64,000 nt of DNA from an uncultured Gemmatimonadales bacterium (lineage in GTDB: Bacteria > Gemmatimonadota > Gemmatimonadetes > Longimicrobiales > Gaopeijiaceae). Location: assembly GCA_963823035.1 (NCBI GenBank), contig CAWGKG010000005.1, forward strand, positions 128,001 through 192,000, read 5' to 3'. The notes under the pieces were generated by a model. That model was not told the origin of the DNA and ran no database searches. It worked only from the letters and a program-made list of their open reading frames with translations. Positions within the stretch are counted from its first letter, which is position 1; every line of letters starts with the position of its first letter. The translations under genes and the position numbers were made by a program. Shown here piece by piece: positions 20,693 through 30,094 of this stretch.

Positions 20693-22873
20693 TCAAACAA
20701 CCCGTCGCGTGTAGTCGTTGGAGAAGACGCCGTCAGGATCAAAACGCCGGCGGGCCTCCAGGAACGTGTCGAGATTCCCTTCGGGATAGAGTGCCCGGAG
20801 CCTATCCCGCTCTGCGAAGAACGTCTTCCCCCAGTGGGGCCGGGCGCCCAGCCCGGACTCCGCGACCTCCTCCAGCCGTCGGAGGAACGCCCTCGACCCC
20901 TCGGTGGGCGCGGCATGGATGTCAACGAAGACCACGTCGCGTCCGTGGTTCGGGGCGAGCAGTACGTTGGTCGCCCCCCCTACCACCCGACACGTGTAGT
21001 AGGGGCGCTCCCGATCGAACGAGGAGGTCGGCGGCTTCGACGACTCCCACAGGTCGCGAAACGCCTCGTAGCGGTCCAGCGGAATAGCCAACTCCATATT
21101 GATCCAGTCGTTCCGGTCCAGCGCGAGCTGCCCGACCCGCGCGACGCCCGGCAGGCTCCGGACCACGCCCGAGCGGATGAAGAGCAGACTCGAAAGCGGG
21201 ATGTGGAGGGCGTACCCGCGCCCGGCCAGGCCCAGAACCCGACCCAACGCGGACCGGACCCACGGGGTACGCAGGACCGGAGCGATGAACGCCGTCGCCC
21301 GGGCGCGTCCGTCGCCGATGTAGTGCGCCCGGTCCACCGGGGTGCCGTCGGGCACGCGGTCGATCGTCACGCACAGCACGACGCGTGGGTCGAACGGGTG
21401 CGGCACGAAGCGCAGGTACTCGTGCTCGCGCATCAGGGTGGGGAGCCGGTTCCCGAACCCCGCGGCCGGCTCGCACCGTACCTCGTAGCGGCATATGCCC
21501 ACGGGCTCCACTTCGAGCGTCACGGCCACCACGGGCCCGAACGCGCCCAACGCGAGGCGCAGCGCCGACAGGTCGGTCTCGTCCGTCACGTGGTGAAGCG
21601 TGCCGTTCGGGGCCATGACCGTCGCGGCCCGGATCAGTTCGGACATGACGCCCCCCTCGCGACCGTACCCGTGCGTACCCGTGGCGAGCGCCCCGGCCAG
21701 CGTCTGCGCGCCGTAGTTGCCGCAGTAGCGCAGCAGGTAGCCGCGCGCGTCGAGGTACTCGCACAGCGCGCCGATCGAGATGCCGCCCTGGCACGTGACA
21801 CGGCCCGCCGCCTCGTTCCAGTCGAGCACACGGTCCAGGTCGTCCATGGAGACCATGCACGTGCCCGAGAAGAAGGCGTCGTTGTAGGAGTGACGCTTCC
21901 CGACCAGGCGGATCCGGTCGCCCCGCCCGGTCGCCGCCCGCAGAACCTCCGAGAGTTCCTCGACGGTGCGCGGCCGGTGCACGGCCGGCCCGAGCGCGCC
22001 GAACGTCCTCGCGTGGTTCTCCACCCACTCGAGCGGGCGGACCCCCCGGAGCGCCGGGCCCAACCCACGGACTGCCTCGCCCCACACCCGCTCCGCGCGC
22101 CCCGGGTCCACGCTGCGGGCGCTCGGGGTCCGCGCGACGCCTCGGTCCCAGTACAGTTCGCGCCGTTCCGCCGGCAGGAGAGCCGTGCGCAGGATCTCGC
22201 CGGCCGCCGTCTCCGGCGCGCGGACGCGCGACCAGGTCTGTTCGAGACGCGCGAGCAGCGGCGCCTTGGCCCGGTGGATCTCCGAGTCCACGAAACCCGG
22301 GGACACCACCCGCACGGTCAGCTCGGTGTGCAGTTCCCCGAAACGGTGGAAGAACCCGAGCGCGGCGTCCTTGGATTCCGCGTAGTGCCGCCAGAAGCCC
22401 AGGAGGGGGCCGCCGGGGATCGCGGCCAGGCGATGGGCCTCGCTGCCCACGTACACCACGCGGCGCAGCGCCGAGTCCCGGCACAGGTCGAGTAGTCGAT
22501 GCGCGAGCTGGAAGTTCGACAGGAAGTTCACCTGCCAGTGCAGTTCGTGACCGTCCGGCGTCCGGATCGTCTTCCATGGCACGTGGACGCCCGCGTTGAG
22601 CACCAGGAGGTCGATCGGGCGTCCGTCCGCGACCAGCGCGTCGGCGAAGCGTGACACGGAGTCCAGCGAGGTCAGGTCCAGCGGCCGGTGTACCGATCCC
22701 GGCCCCGACGGGCGTCGCGAGCCGACGGTGACTGCCGCTCCGGCCCGAACCGCCTGTCCGGCGAGTGCGCGCCCGATTCCGGCGCTCCCCCCCGTGACCA
22801 CCACGTGTCGTCCTTCCAGAGCGCGGTGCATGGGGGTCGAATCGCGTCGGTGTTCCAGCGTTTGCGTCGCCAT
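20693..22873 (-). CDS. SDR dehydrogenase fused to a FAD-linked (ALO / lactone oxidase-type) oxidase
   Basis: TGGSAGIG, LNAG, YAESK; then VGKRHSY, LATGTHG, ARPHWGK, FDPDGVFSN in one frame. Confidence 0.85.
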   Translation of the reverse strand: MATQTLEHRRDSTPMHRALEGRHVVVTGGSAGIGRALAGQAVRAGAAVTVGSRRPSGPGSVHRPLDLTSLDSVSRFADALVADGRPIDLLVLNAGVHVPWKTIRTPDGHELHWQVNFLSNFQLAHRLLDLCRDSALRRVVYVGSEAHRLAAIPGGPLLGFWRHYAESKDAALGFFHRFGELHTELTVRVVSPGFVDSEIHRAKAPLLARLEQTWSRVRAPETAAGEILRTALLPAERRELYWDRGVARTPSARSVDPGRAERVWGEAVRGLGPALRGVRPLEWVENHARTFGALGPAVHRPRTVEELSEVLRAATGRGDRIRLVGKRHSYNDAFFSGTCMVSMDDLDRVLDWNEAAGRVTCQGGISIGALCEYLDARGYLLRYCGNYGAQTLAGALATGTHGYGREGGVMSELIRAATVMAPNGTLHHVTDETDLSALRLALGAFGPVVAVTLEVEPVGICRYEVRCEPAAGFGNRLPTLMREHEYLRFVPHPFDPRVVLCVTIDRVPDGTPVDRAHYIGDGRARATAFIAPVLRTPWVRSALGRVLGLAGRGYALHIPLSSLLFIRSGVVRSLPGVARVGQLALDRNDWINMELAIPLDRYEAFRDLWESSKPPTSSFDRERPYYTCRVVGGATNVLLAPNHGRDVVFVDIHAAPTEGSRAFLRRLEEVAESGLGARPHWGKTFFAERDRLRALYPEGNLDTFLEARRRFDPDGVFSNDYTRRVV

Positions 22874-22982
22874 CCCCCCTCCCGGTGAGCGTCGCCGGGC
22901 GGCACCGTGCCGCCACGTCCGAAAGCTGCCGGAAAGGCCCCACCACTCCGATCCGCACTCGCGCCTAGTGGGAGGACGTCCG

Positions 22983-23013
22983 CTACGTAGGGGTCGGGGC
23001 CGCACTACGTAGG
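22983..23013. promoter_or_regulatory. Candidate operator: two CTACGTAGG copies 22 bp apart
   Basis: Copies at 22983-22991 and 23005-23013, between divergent genes. Confidence 0.5.
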
Positions 23014-23019
23014 AGGTGC

Positions 23020-26000
23020 GTGGTCGACACGCTGGGCGGGCTCGCTAAGTTGGTCACAGACATCGATCCGTCTTCGCCTTCCTCGTCCTCACCGACCGCG
23101 ATGATCCCTCGGCCCCCGACCAGCGACGAGCCCGCCCTGGTGGGCCGGAAGGCTGAGTTGGCTCGGCTCTCAGCGCTTCTGGTCGATGAGAGCGGTCCGG
23201 GGATGCTCTTCCTGACCGGAAGCGGGGGGCTCGGCAAGACGCGTCTCGCCGCAGCCTTGATCGAAGAGGCCCGACGCGGTGGCTGGACCGTCGCGTTGGG
23301 GCGGGCCTATCCCGCGGAGAGCGGACTCGCCTACGCGCTCCTGTCCGACGCCTTCGTGCCGCTGGTGAACGACCTGCCTCCCGGCGCGCTCACCGCCCTC
23401 ACGCGCGGCGCCGACCGTGAGATCGCCTCGCTCCTGCCGGGACTCGGCGGGACCGTTCCGCCCGCGCAGGACGGCGCCGATCCCGTCGAGTCGAAGACCC
23501 GCCTATTCTGGAACTTCACGGACCTGATCGGGCGCCTCGCGGAGCAGCAACGGCTGCTCGTGGTGCTGGAAGACCTGCAGTGGGCAGGCGAATCCTCGCT
23601 CGAGTTGCTCCATTTCCTGGTGCGGAACGTGGGCGGAGAGGGGCTGCGCGTCGTGGCGACGTACAACGCCGACCTGGTGCAGACCGACGGCTCGGTGGAC
23701 CGCATGGAGGCCTCCCTCCGCGCCGCGGGCATGGCCGATCGGCTGACGCTGGGCCCGCTGTCCCGGGATGACTCCCGCCAACTGGTCCGGGATCTCTTCG
23801 GCACGGCCGCCGCCGTGTCGGACCGGCTCGCCGATCAGGTGCACGCCTGGACGGGCGGCAACCCGCTCTTCCTGCGCGAGACGCTGCGCAGCCTGGTCGC
23901 GTCGGGTCAGCTCCGCGAGGACGACGGGGTCTGGCTGGGCTGGGAGGCTTCCGAAGTGGAACTCCCCGGATCGATCCGGGAGGGCCTCCTGCGGCACCTG
24001 CGCCGCCTGTCGGCCGACGCGCGTCGGGTCGCGGACGCGCTGGCGGTGGCAGGCGGACCCGCCGAGCACGGCTTCCTCGAGCGGGCCGGCGGACCGGAAG
24101 GCGAAGCCCTCCTGGCCGCCCTGGACGAGCTGCGCACGGCGTCGGTGACCAGCGAGGACGCGCTCGGCGCGGACGTCGTGTACGACTTCACACACCCGAT
24201 GATGCGAGATGCCGCGTACGCCGAGTTGGGACTGGCCCGACGGCGCTCTCTGCACGCGGCAGCGGTTCGCGCCCTACGGGCCACGCGTGGCGACGAGCCG
24301 GGCCCCGGGTCGGGTGCGATCGCGTACCACCTCGTGCGCGCCCCCGGCCTGCCGGAGGCGGGGGATCCGGTGCCGCACCTGGTCCGCGCCGGCTCGGACG
24401 CGCTCGAACGGCACGCCGGAGCCGAAGCCGAACGGTATCTGGACGCCGCACTCGAGGCGGCCGACACCGACGCTCTGCCCTCCGTCCTCGACCTGCTCGC
24501 CGGGGCGAAGCTCCAGTGCGGCCGGTACCGGGAAGCGGTGAGCCTCTGGCAACGTGCGCTGGAAGGCCTGGAAGACCCGGCCGCCCGCGCCCGCGTCCTG
24601 CGGAGCATGGGGTTGGCGAGCTATTGGGGGGGGCGCCACGACGAGGCGCTCGGCTTCCTGGAGCGAGGGATCGGTGCCGCGGAGGGTCACCCCCTGTCGG
24701 AGGCGGCACTCCGTCTGGCACGGGGCGCCTGCCTCCTGGAGGTGGGGCGCCCGGACGACGCGCGCGCCGACCTGGAAGAAGCCCTGCGGCTCGCTGAGTC
24801 GGCGGGAGATACCGCCGCCCGGGCGCGCGCGCACCGCGCATTGGCGATCCAGCACACCTGGACCGGTCCGCCGGGCGCGGTGACGGACCACGCTGCGAGG
24901 GCGCTGGCACTCGCACGCGAAGTCGGCAATCCGAACGTCGCGTTCTGGAGCCACTGGGCCCTCGCCGTCATGGAAGGGATCCGCGGCAACACGGACGTGA
25001 TGGGCGAGGAGATCGACCGGGCCGAGGCCGTGGCGGAGGACATGCGTTCGCCCGTGCTGCGCATCTGGGCCGCAGAACTGCGGCTGGAGCGCGCGTACGC
25101 GATCGGAGAGTGGGAAACCGGGATCGCGATGGGGGAGGGGACGATCGCGGAGGCGCGTCGACTGAATCAGACGAACCTGCTCCCGCGCCTCCTGGTCTGG
25201 ACCTCGCTGATCTATCTGGGCCGCGGGCAACTGGATCGCGGGCGGGCGATGGTGGACGAGGCATGGGCACTCGCGGGGCTGGACGGCGACGGCGACGAGG
25301 TCGGCTCGGTCGACATCCACACCGCGGTGCCCGCGCACATCGGCCGCGCCGCGTGCCATCTGGCCGACGAGGACTGGAAGGCGACCGTCGCGACGGCCCG
25401 CGCGGGTCTCGCCCTCGCCGACCAGAGCGGGTACACGATCTGGGGGATCCACCACCTGCAGCCCCTCATGGCGGAAGCCCTGATCCGCGCGCGGGAGCTG
25501 GATGGGGCCGCCGCCCTCGCCGAACGCCTCCGGCGGGAGTCGACCCGCCTCGACCACAAGCTGGGCCTGGCCTGGGCCGACGCCTGCGAGGCGCTCGTCG
25601 TCTGGCTGGAGGGAGACCTGGACGAGGGGATCCGGCGCCTGAAGGCAGCCGCCGAAGCGCTCGAGGCCGTGCCCCTGGTCCCCGATGCGGTGCGGATCCG
25701 ACGTCAGCTCGCGGCCCGCCTGGCCGACGCCGGGCGCCACGAGGAGGCGGTCGCCGAGCTGCGCGCCGTCCACGCCCGGCTCACGCAACTCGGCAACCCC
25801 ACGGAGCTGGAGAAGGCCCGCCTGCTCTTCAAGAAGCTCGACACGCGCCCGCCGCCGCTCACCCCGGTCGACGGCTCGGGTCGTCTCACCGGACGCGAGA
25901 TCCAGATTGCCCGCCTGGTGGCGGAGGGGGTGAGCAACAAGGGCGTCGCCAAGCAACTCGGTGTCTCGCCCCGGACCGTCACCACCCACCTTGCGAACGT

Positions 26001-26073
26001 CTACCGGAAGCTGGAGATCTCGTCCCGCCACGAGCTGGCCCACCTGGTGCGGACGGGGCACGTCGCGAGCTAG
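23020..26073 (+). CDS. AAA (STAND) ATPase-TPR-LuxR HTH transcriptional regulator (start may be 23101)
   Basis: GSGGLGKT, LEDLQWA, GGNPLF, FTHPMMR; C-terminal LTGREIQIARLVAEGVSNK...TVTTHLANVYRKL. Confidence 0.92.
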   Translation: MVDTLGGLAKLVTDIDPSSPSSSSPTAMIPRPPTSDEPALVGRKAELARLSALLVDESGPGMLFLTGSGGLGKTRLAAALIEEARRGGWTVALGRAYPAESGLAYALLSDAFVPLVNDLPPGALTALTRGADREIASLLPGLGGTVPPAQDGADPVESKTRLFWNFTDLIGRLAEQQRLLVVLEDLQWAGESSLELLHFLVRNVGGEGLRVVATYNADLVQTDGSVDRMEASLRAAGMADRLTLGPLSRDDSRQLVRDLFGTAAAVSDRLADQVHAWTGGNPLFLRETLRSLVASGQLREDDGVWLGWEASEVELPGSIREGLLRHLRRLSADARRVADALAVAGGPAEHGFLERAGGPEGEALLAALDELRTASVTSEDALGADVVYDFTHPMMRDAAYAELGLARRRSLHAAAVRALRATRGDEPGPGSGAIAYHLVRAPGLPEAGDPVPHLVRAGSDALERHAGAEAERYLDAALEAADTDALPSVLDLLAGAKLQCGRYREAVSLWQRALEGLEDPAARARVLRSMGLASYWGGRHDEALGFLERGIGAAEGHPLSEAALRLARGACLLEVGRPDDARADLEEALRLAESAGDTAARARAHRALAIQHTWTGPPGAVTDHAARALALAREVGNPNVAFWSHWALAVMEGIRGNTDVMGEEIDRAEAVAEDMRSPVLRIWAAELRLERAYAIGEWETGIAMGEGTIAEARRLNQTNLLPRLLVWTSLIYLGRGQLDRGRAMVDEAWALAGLDGDGDEVGSVDIHTAVPAHIGRAACHLADEDWKATVATARAGLALADQSGYTIWGIHHLQPLMAEALIRARELDGAAALAERLRRESTRLDHKLGLAWADACEALVVWLEGDLDEGIRRLKAAAEALEAVPLVPDAVRIRRQLAARLADAGRHEEAVAELRAVHARLTQLGNPTELEKARLLFKKLDTRPPPLTPVDGSGRLTGREIQIARLVAEGVSNKGVAKQLGVSPRTVTTHLANVYRKLEISSRHELAHLVRTGHVAS

Positions 26074-26088
26074 GGAAGCTCCTCACCC

Positions 26089-27126
26089 CGTCGTGTTCCA
26101 AAACCCAGCCGAGGTAACCGACGGCGAGGAGTGTCGTAGGGTTGGTGCCCTGTTTCCGCCGGGGGTGGAGGGTAGCAGTCTCAGCCGACGACGCGAGGTG
26201 ATGAACACGCCGTTTCAGATGCTCGTCATGATCGTCGCGGGCTGGGTCAACGAGCATCAACGCACCGTCATCGCCTACTTGCAGGAAGAGAATCGCCCGG
26301 GAGTACGACGGCAGCGAGGGGAGACGGCCAGGTCGCCCAGCGGTCGCTCGAGAGATCCGCAAGCTCGTGGTACGGATGGCGACGGAGAACGAAGGCTGGG
26401 GTTAGATGCGGATCGTCGGAGAGCTGGCGAAGGTGGGGCATCAGGTCTCGCGTTCGACCGTGCGAACGATCCTGATGGAACACGGGATCGGACCGGCTCC
26501 AGAATGATCGCCGCGCATGCCGTGGTCGAAGTTCCTGAAGGCCCACTGGGAAGCGATTGCCGCGGCGGACTTCTTTACCGTGGAGGTGTGGACCGCAGTT
26601 GGACTCGTCCGCTACCTGGTGTTCTTCGTCTTGGATCTTGGCACAAGGCGTGTGGAGATCGCCGGCATTGCCCCGGTACGACTGATCGAGCGAGAACCGC
26701 TGTCGTGTTCGGGGCCTATTGCCTGCCACTAGCAGCCCGTGGTAGAAATACGGCGGCCCGCGTTACGCGCGCCACGGCCCCGAATCCTAGGCGGATCTCC
26801 GAAGGCATAGCCCTAGCTACGTCGAGGAGATCCAACGACGGGGTAACAACGCGAAGCGTTGTCGGGGCCGTGCCGCCGTAACCCACCACCATTCAAGTTC
26901 TTGTAAGCAATACGGTGGCGGGCGCAGGGGGGTCGCGGGCTCATACGTCGTCGTTCCTCCTCGCCGTAGCTAGGGCTACGACTCGTCGTCTCTCCTAGTC
27001 TGATCCTCGCGAGCCCCCTGCGCGCGGGCCACTGTATTTCTACCACGGGCTGCTAGGACTAGGTGGACTCCTGAATCACCACGCAGACCGGCCGCCTGAC
27101 CCTCGGCTGGGTTTGGGAACAGGACG
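26089..27126 (+). mobile_element. Decayed IS with rve integrase-core transposase (IS481/IS3-like) and 26-bp terminal inverted repeats
   Basis: IRs 26089-26114 and 27101-27126 match at 24/26; fragments [35 protein letters not shown] with stops and deletions. Confidence 0.8.
26729..27056. mobile_element. 328-bp MITE nested in the IS, bounded by CTAG
   Basis: Perfect 23-bp IR CTAGCAGCCCGTGGTAGAAATAC; internal 14-bp IR TAGCCCTAGCTACG. Confidence 0.8.
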
Positions 27127-27136
27127 CCTTCTAGTT

Positions 27137-27248
27137 TGTGCCGAGTGGGGGCGGTGGGAGACGAGACCCGCGCGGACTGCGCGCAGCGCAGAACGCCGAG
27201 CGGGTTTGGTGCCGATGGAGCAAGGACGCGCTCGCGAGACCTTCCCAC
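27137..27248. repeat. Partial tmRNA-linked repeat unit
   Basis: TGTGCCGAGTGGGGGCGGTGGGAG...GGTTTGGTGCCGATGGAGCAAGGACG. Confidence 0.85.
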
Positions 27249-27425
27249 CTTCTACCTAGAATTGGGGGTGTCCACCCAATCGGGGGTACTCCAAATGGCC
27301 TACATCGCTCCCTAAGCGCGAGGGGTATATTTGCTGACTCGCATCGGCCTACCGTCATCCCTTCCCCCGGACATCGCCGAACAGTGTACGCCGTTCTTCA
27401 TTCTCCCCAAGGATGCATTGGAGGC

Positions 27426-27827
27426 GTGACGTCATTTCCACGGACTGCGTTGTTCACGACCATCGCCGTTCTCCTCGTGGCCGGTTGCGTATCGGTCAAC
27501 AAGTCCGTGTTGGACCGATCGTTCATGGCTCAGCCCATCGCGAGGGATGACGTCCACGTCTACCTCCCAGGCGACTCGATTCCGGAGTACACGCGGATTG
27601 CAATTCTGAACGCCAAGGGCGACTCGGAGATGACCAACGAAGGGAAGATGATCGACAAGCTTCGCGAAGAGGCGGGGAAGTTGGGGGCCAACGCGATCAT
27701 CATGAGGGAGATCGAAGAGCCGGGGACAGGCTCGAAGGTCGCCAGAGCCCTGCTGGGCACTTCTTCCAACCGGAAGACCCAGGCTGAAGCGGTGTTCGTA
27801 CCCTCACTCCGCAAGCGCCTGCCCTGA
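27426..27827 (+). CDS. Small lipoprotein
   Basis: GGAGG RBS, GTG start, lipobox LVAGC, LREEAGKLGANAII. Confidence 0.75.
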   Translation: MTSFPRTALFTTIAVLLVAGCVSVNKSVLDRSFMAQPIARDDVHVYLPGDSIPEYTRIAILNAKGDSEMTNEGKMIDKLREEAGKLGANAIIMREIEEPGTGSKVARALLGTSSNRKTQAEAVFVPSLRKRLP

Positions 27828-27875
27828 GCTTCCACCGAGGCCGGCCCGAGATCCTCACCTATCTGGAGGAGTTCC

Positions 27876-28421
27876 ATGCGTACGATTGCGATGGCTGTTC
27901 TCGCAGCGGCCCTGGTCCTTGCAACCAATGCTGAACCGGCTCAGGCGCAAAGCCGGCCACAGACGCGCGAGGGTTTCTTCATCGGCTTCGGGTTCGGGTG
28001 GGGATCACTCGGGTGCTCTGATTGTAGCGGCGAGCGCGAGTCTGGCTTGTCGGGCTACTTCAAGCTCGGTGCGGCCGTCAACCAAAGGGTCCTCCTCGGA
28101 TTCGAGTCGAACGGTTGGTTCAAAGAGCAGAGCGGAGTCACCCTGTCACAGGGCAACGGAAGTGCCGTCATCTACCTCTATCCAAACCCCGAATCGGGCT
28201 TCTTCATCAAGGGCGGGATCGGACTCGCCACCCTCAACCTGGATGTGTCCGGGTTCGGAAGTGACAACGTGACAGGCTTCGGCTTGGTCGGCGGCCTCGG
28301 CTATGACGCACGCGTCGGTCGGAACTTCTCGCTCACGCCGTTCGGGAACTTCGTGTACGGGAGCTTCGACGGAGGGAGCACCAACGTCATCCAGGCCGGC
28401 ATCGGGCTTACTTGGCACTAG
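27876..28421 (+). CDS. Outer-membrane beta-barrel protein
   Basis: Signal peptide, alternating Gly/aromatic strands, C-terminal GLTWH. Confidence 0.8.
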   Translation: MRTIAMAVLAAALVLATNAEPAQAQSRPQTREGFFIGFGFGWGSLGCSDCSGERESGLSGYFKLGAAVNQRVLLGFESNGWFKEQSGVTLSQGNGSAVIYLYPNPESGFFIKGGIGLATLNLDVSGFGSDNVTGFGLVGGLGYDARVGRNFSLTPFGNFVYGSFDGGSTNVIQAGIGLTWH

Positions 28422-28858
28422 TGGGCAGCTTGTTCGGCGGGATTCGTCCCTGCTATGGACCTTTCGCACCCGGAGGCCGGAATGGGGACCAACCACAGGC
28501 CAGGAAGCTCACGACGCCGCCTTCATCTCGTCCCGCGCACCGTGGGCCCTTTGGACGCCACCGAGCCTCGACTTCAGTTGAGGAACACACCCCGTGGCCT
28601 ATCCGCTCCTTGGGGGAGGAGCCCGAGCGTGACCGTGGGTGTGACGACGAGCCACATGCGCAAACTGGCGGGCTATCTACGCGAGGATCAGGTGCGGGCG
28701 TACTCGTTTCGAAAGACTGCGCTCTCCTCCACAACAGGAGGGAGTTGAGGCGCCGAGTCTTCGGGATTCCTGAGTCGCCGGGGTACCGCACGCCAAACGG
28801 TGAAGTGGACGTTCTGCCGGGCCTCTGGGAGGCTCGGCTGGTGGTGCTGTGATCTAGG

Positions 28859-30094
28859 ATGCCCTCATCGTTCACCTGGCTCGACTACTCCGAACGCGAC
28901 CGGCGACGAGCGCTCGACGTCGTCGATCTCTTCCGCGAAAGCGGGACGGTTGACGAGCTGGGACTCGGCTCCATCCGGGACAGTTATTCCGACCTGTTCT
29001 TCCCAGGCACCAGCACCATCCAGACAAGGGCCTGCTACTTCCTAATCCTCCCGTGGACGTTTCTGCGGATGGAGCGGCTTCAGGTCTCCTCATCGAAGGC
29101 AGAGTCCTGGGCCCGAAACGAAGAGCTCTGGCTCAACCAACGGCTGCTCCAGGGCGACGACACGGTAGGCGTCTTTGGCTCTCAGGCCGGACGAGCACTG
29201 AAGCGCCTCCCGAGCGTGGCGTACTGGGGAGGACTCGCCAGTTGGGGCATTCGGCTCTTTCCGGGCATCGCCAGTGCCTACTTCAGGTCTCTTGATGGCC
29301 ACTACCGCAGACTTGACGCGGCCAAGGGCAGACCGGTGGATCCGGAAGGCAGGCAGGCGCACCCGGCAAACTGGCACCCGCATCTGCCAGACCCTCCGAG
29401 ACATTTCCCGAACAACGTGTCGGTGGCCCTTCGCCGTCAGGATGCGGAGTACCTCTGCGACCGTATCCAGGCTAGGCACCCGAAAAGCCTGCTGGCCGAG
29501 TTGACTCGACGGGCCAACCCAGATGATCTGGAGACCGAGTGGCCATGGGACCTGGCGAACGAGTCCACGATAGCTCCTCCCCTTCGCCAGCATCTTGAGC
29601 ACGCCAAGCTATTCGCGGTGTGCATGCATGGGGCGGCACTTCTCTACAACCTCATGCTGGCAGAGATGCGGGAGAGCGAGGAGCGCGTCGAGAACTACCA
29701 GCTTGAGTGGAACGGCTGGTCGGAGGATTTCGACGGCCTCGGGGAGGCGGTTCTTGGCTGGGACCTCTCCACGGTCTGGTCAGTCGTCCGCCAGCAGGGG
29801 CGGTCCATCGGGTTCCCGACCCGGGCCTTCGTCGCAGCGTGGGTGACCGAGCTGAGGGTCGGCGGACCCGCCACAATGATCCTCCCGGGGTCCACGGCGA
29901 GAGGGCTGATCATGGATCGCGAATACCAACTGAAGCGCTCTCGTGCGCGTCTTCACAGCCCGAGGCACCTGGAGTTGTGGGGTGGCCGGTCCGGCGCGGA
30001 TCGGTTGAGCTACCGATGGCCGGACGCCCGGGCCTTGCTGACGGACATCTTCGAGGGCCTCGAGCGGGGTGGGGACGATGCTGGAAACGCGTGA
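28859..30094 (+). CDS. Hypothetical protein (DUF6361-like), first gene of a putative defence operon
   Basis: SSFTWLDYSE...GTVDELGLGSIRD...FPGTSTIQTRACYFL; overlaps the next gene. Confidence 0.75.
   Translation: MPSSFTWLDYSERDRRRALDVVDLFRESGTVDELGLGSIRDSYSDLFFPGTSTIQTRACYFLILPWTFLRMERLQVSSSKAESWARNEELWLNQRLLQGDDTVGVFGSQAGRALKRLPSVAYWGGLASWGIRLFPGIASAYFRSLDGHYRRLDAAKGRPVDPEGRQAHPANWHPHLPDPPRHFPNNVSVALRRQDAEYLCDRIQARHPKSLLAELTRRANPDDLETEWPWDLANESTIAPPLRQHLEHAKLFAVCMHGAALLYNLMLAEMRESEERVENYQLEWNGWSEDFDGLGEAVLGWDLSTVWSVVRQQGRSIGFPTRAFVAAWVTELRVGGPATMILPGSTARGLIMDREYQLKRSRARLHSPRHLELWGGRSGADRLSYRWPDARALLTDIFEGLERGGDDAGNA

Noticed and set aside
27257..27292. AAT(T/C)GGGGGT direct repeat as operator
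   Set aside because: Only two short copies with no linked regulator; could be chance.
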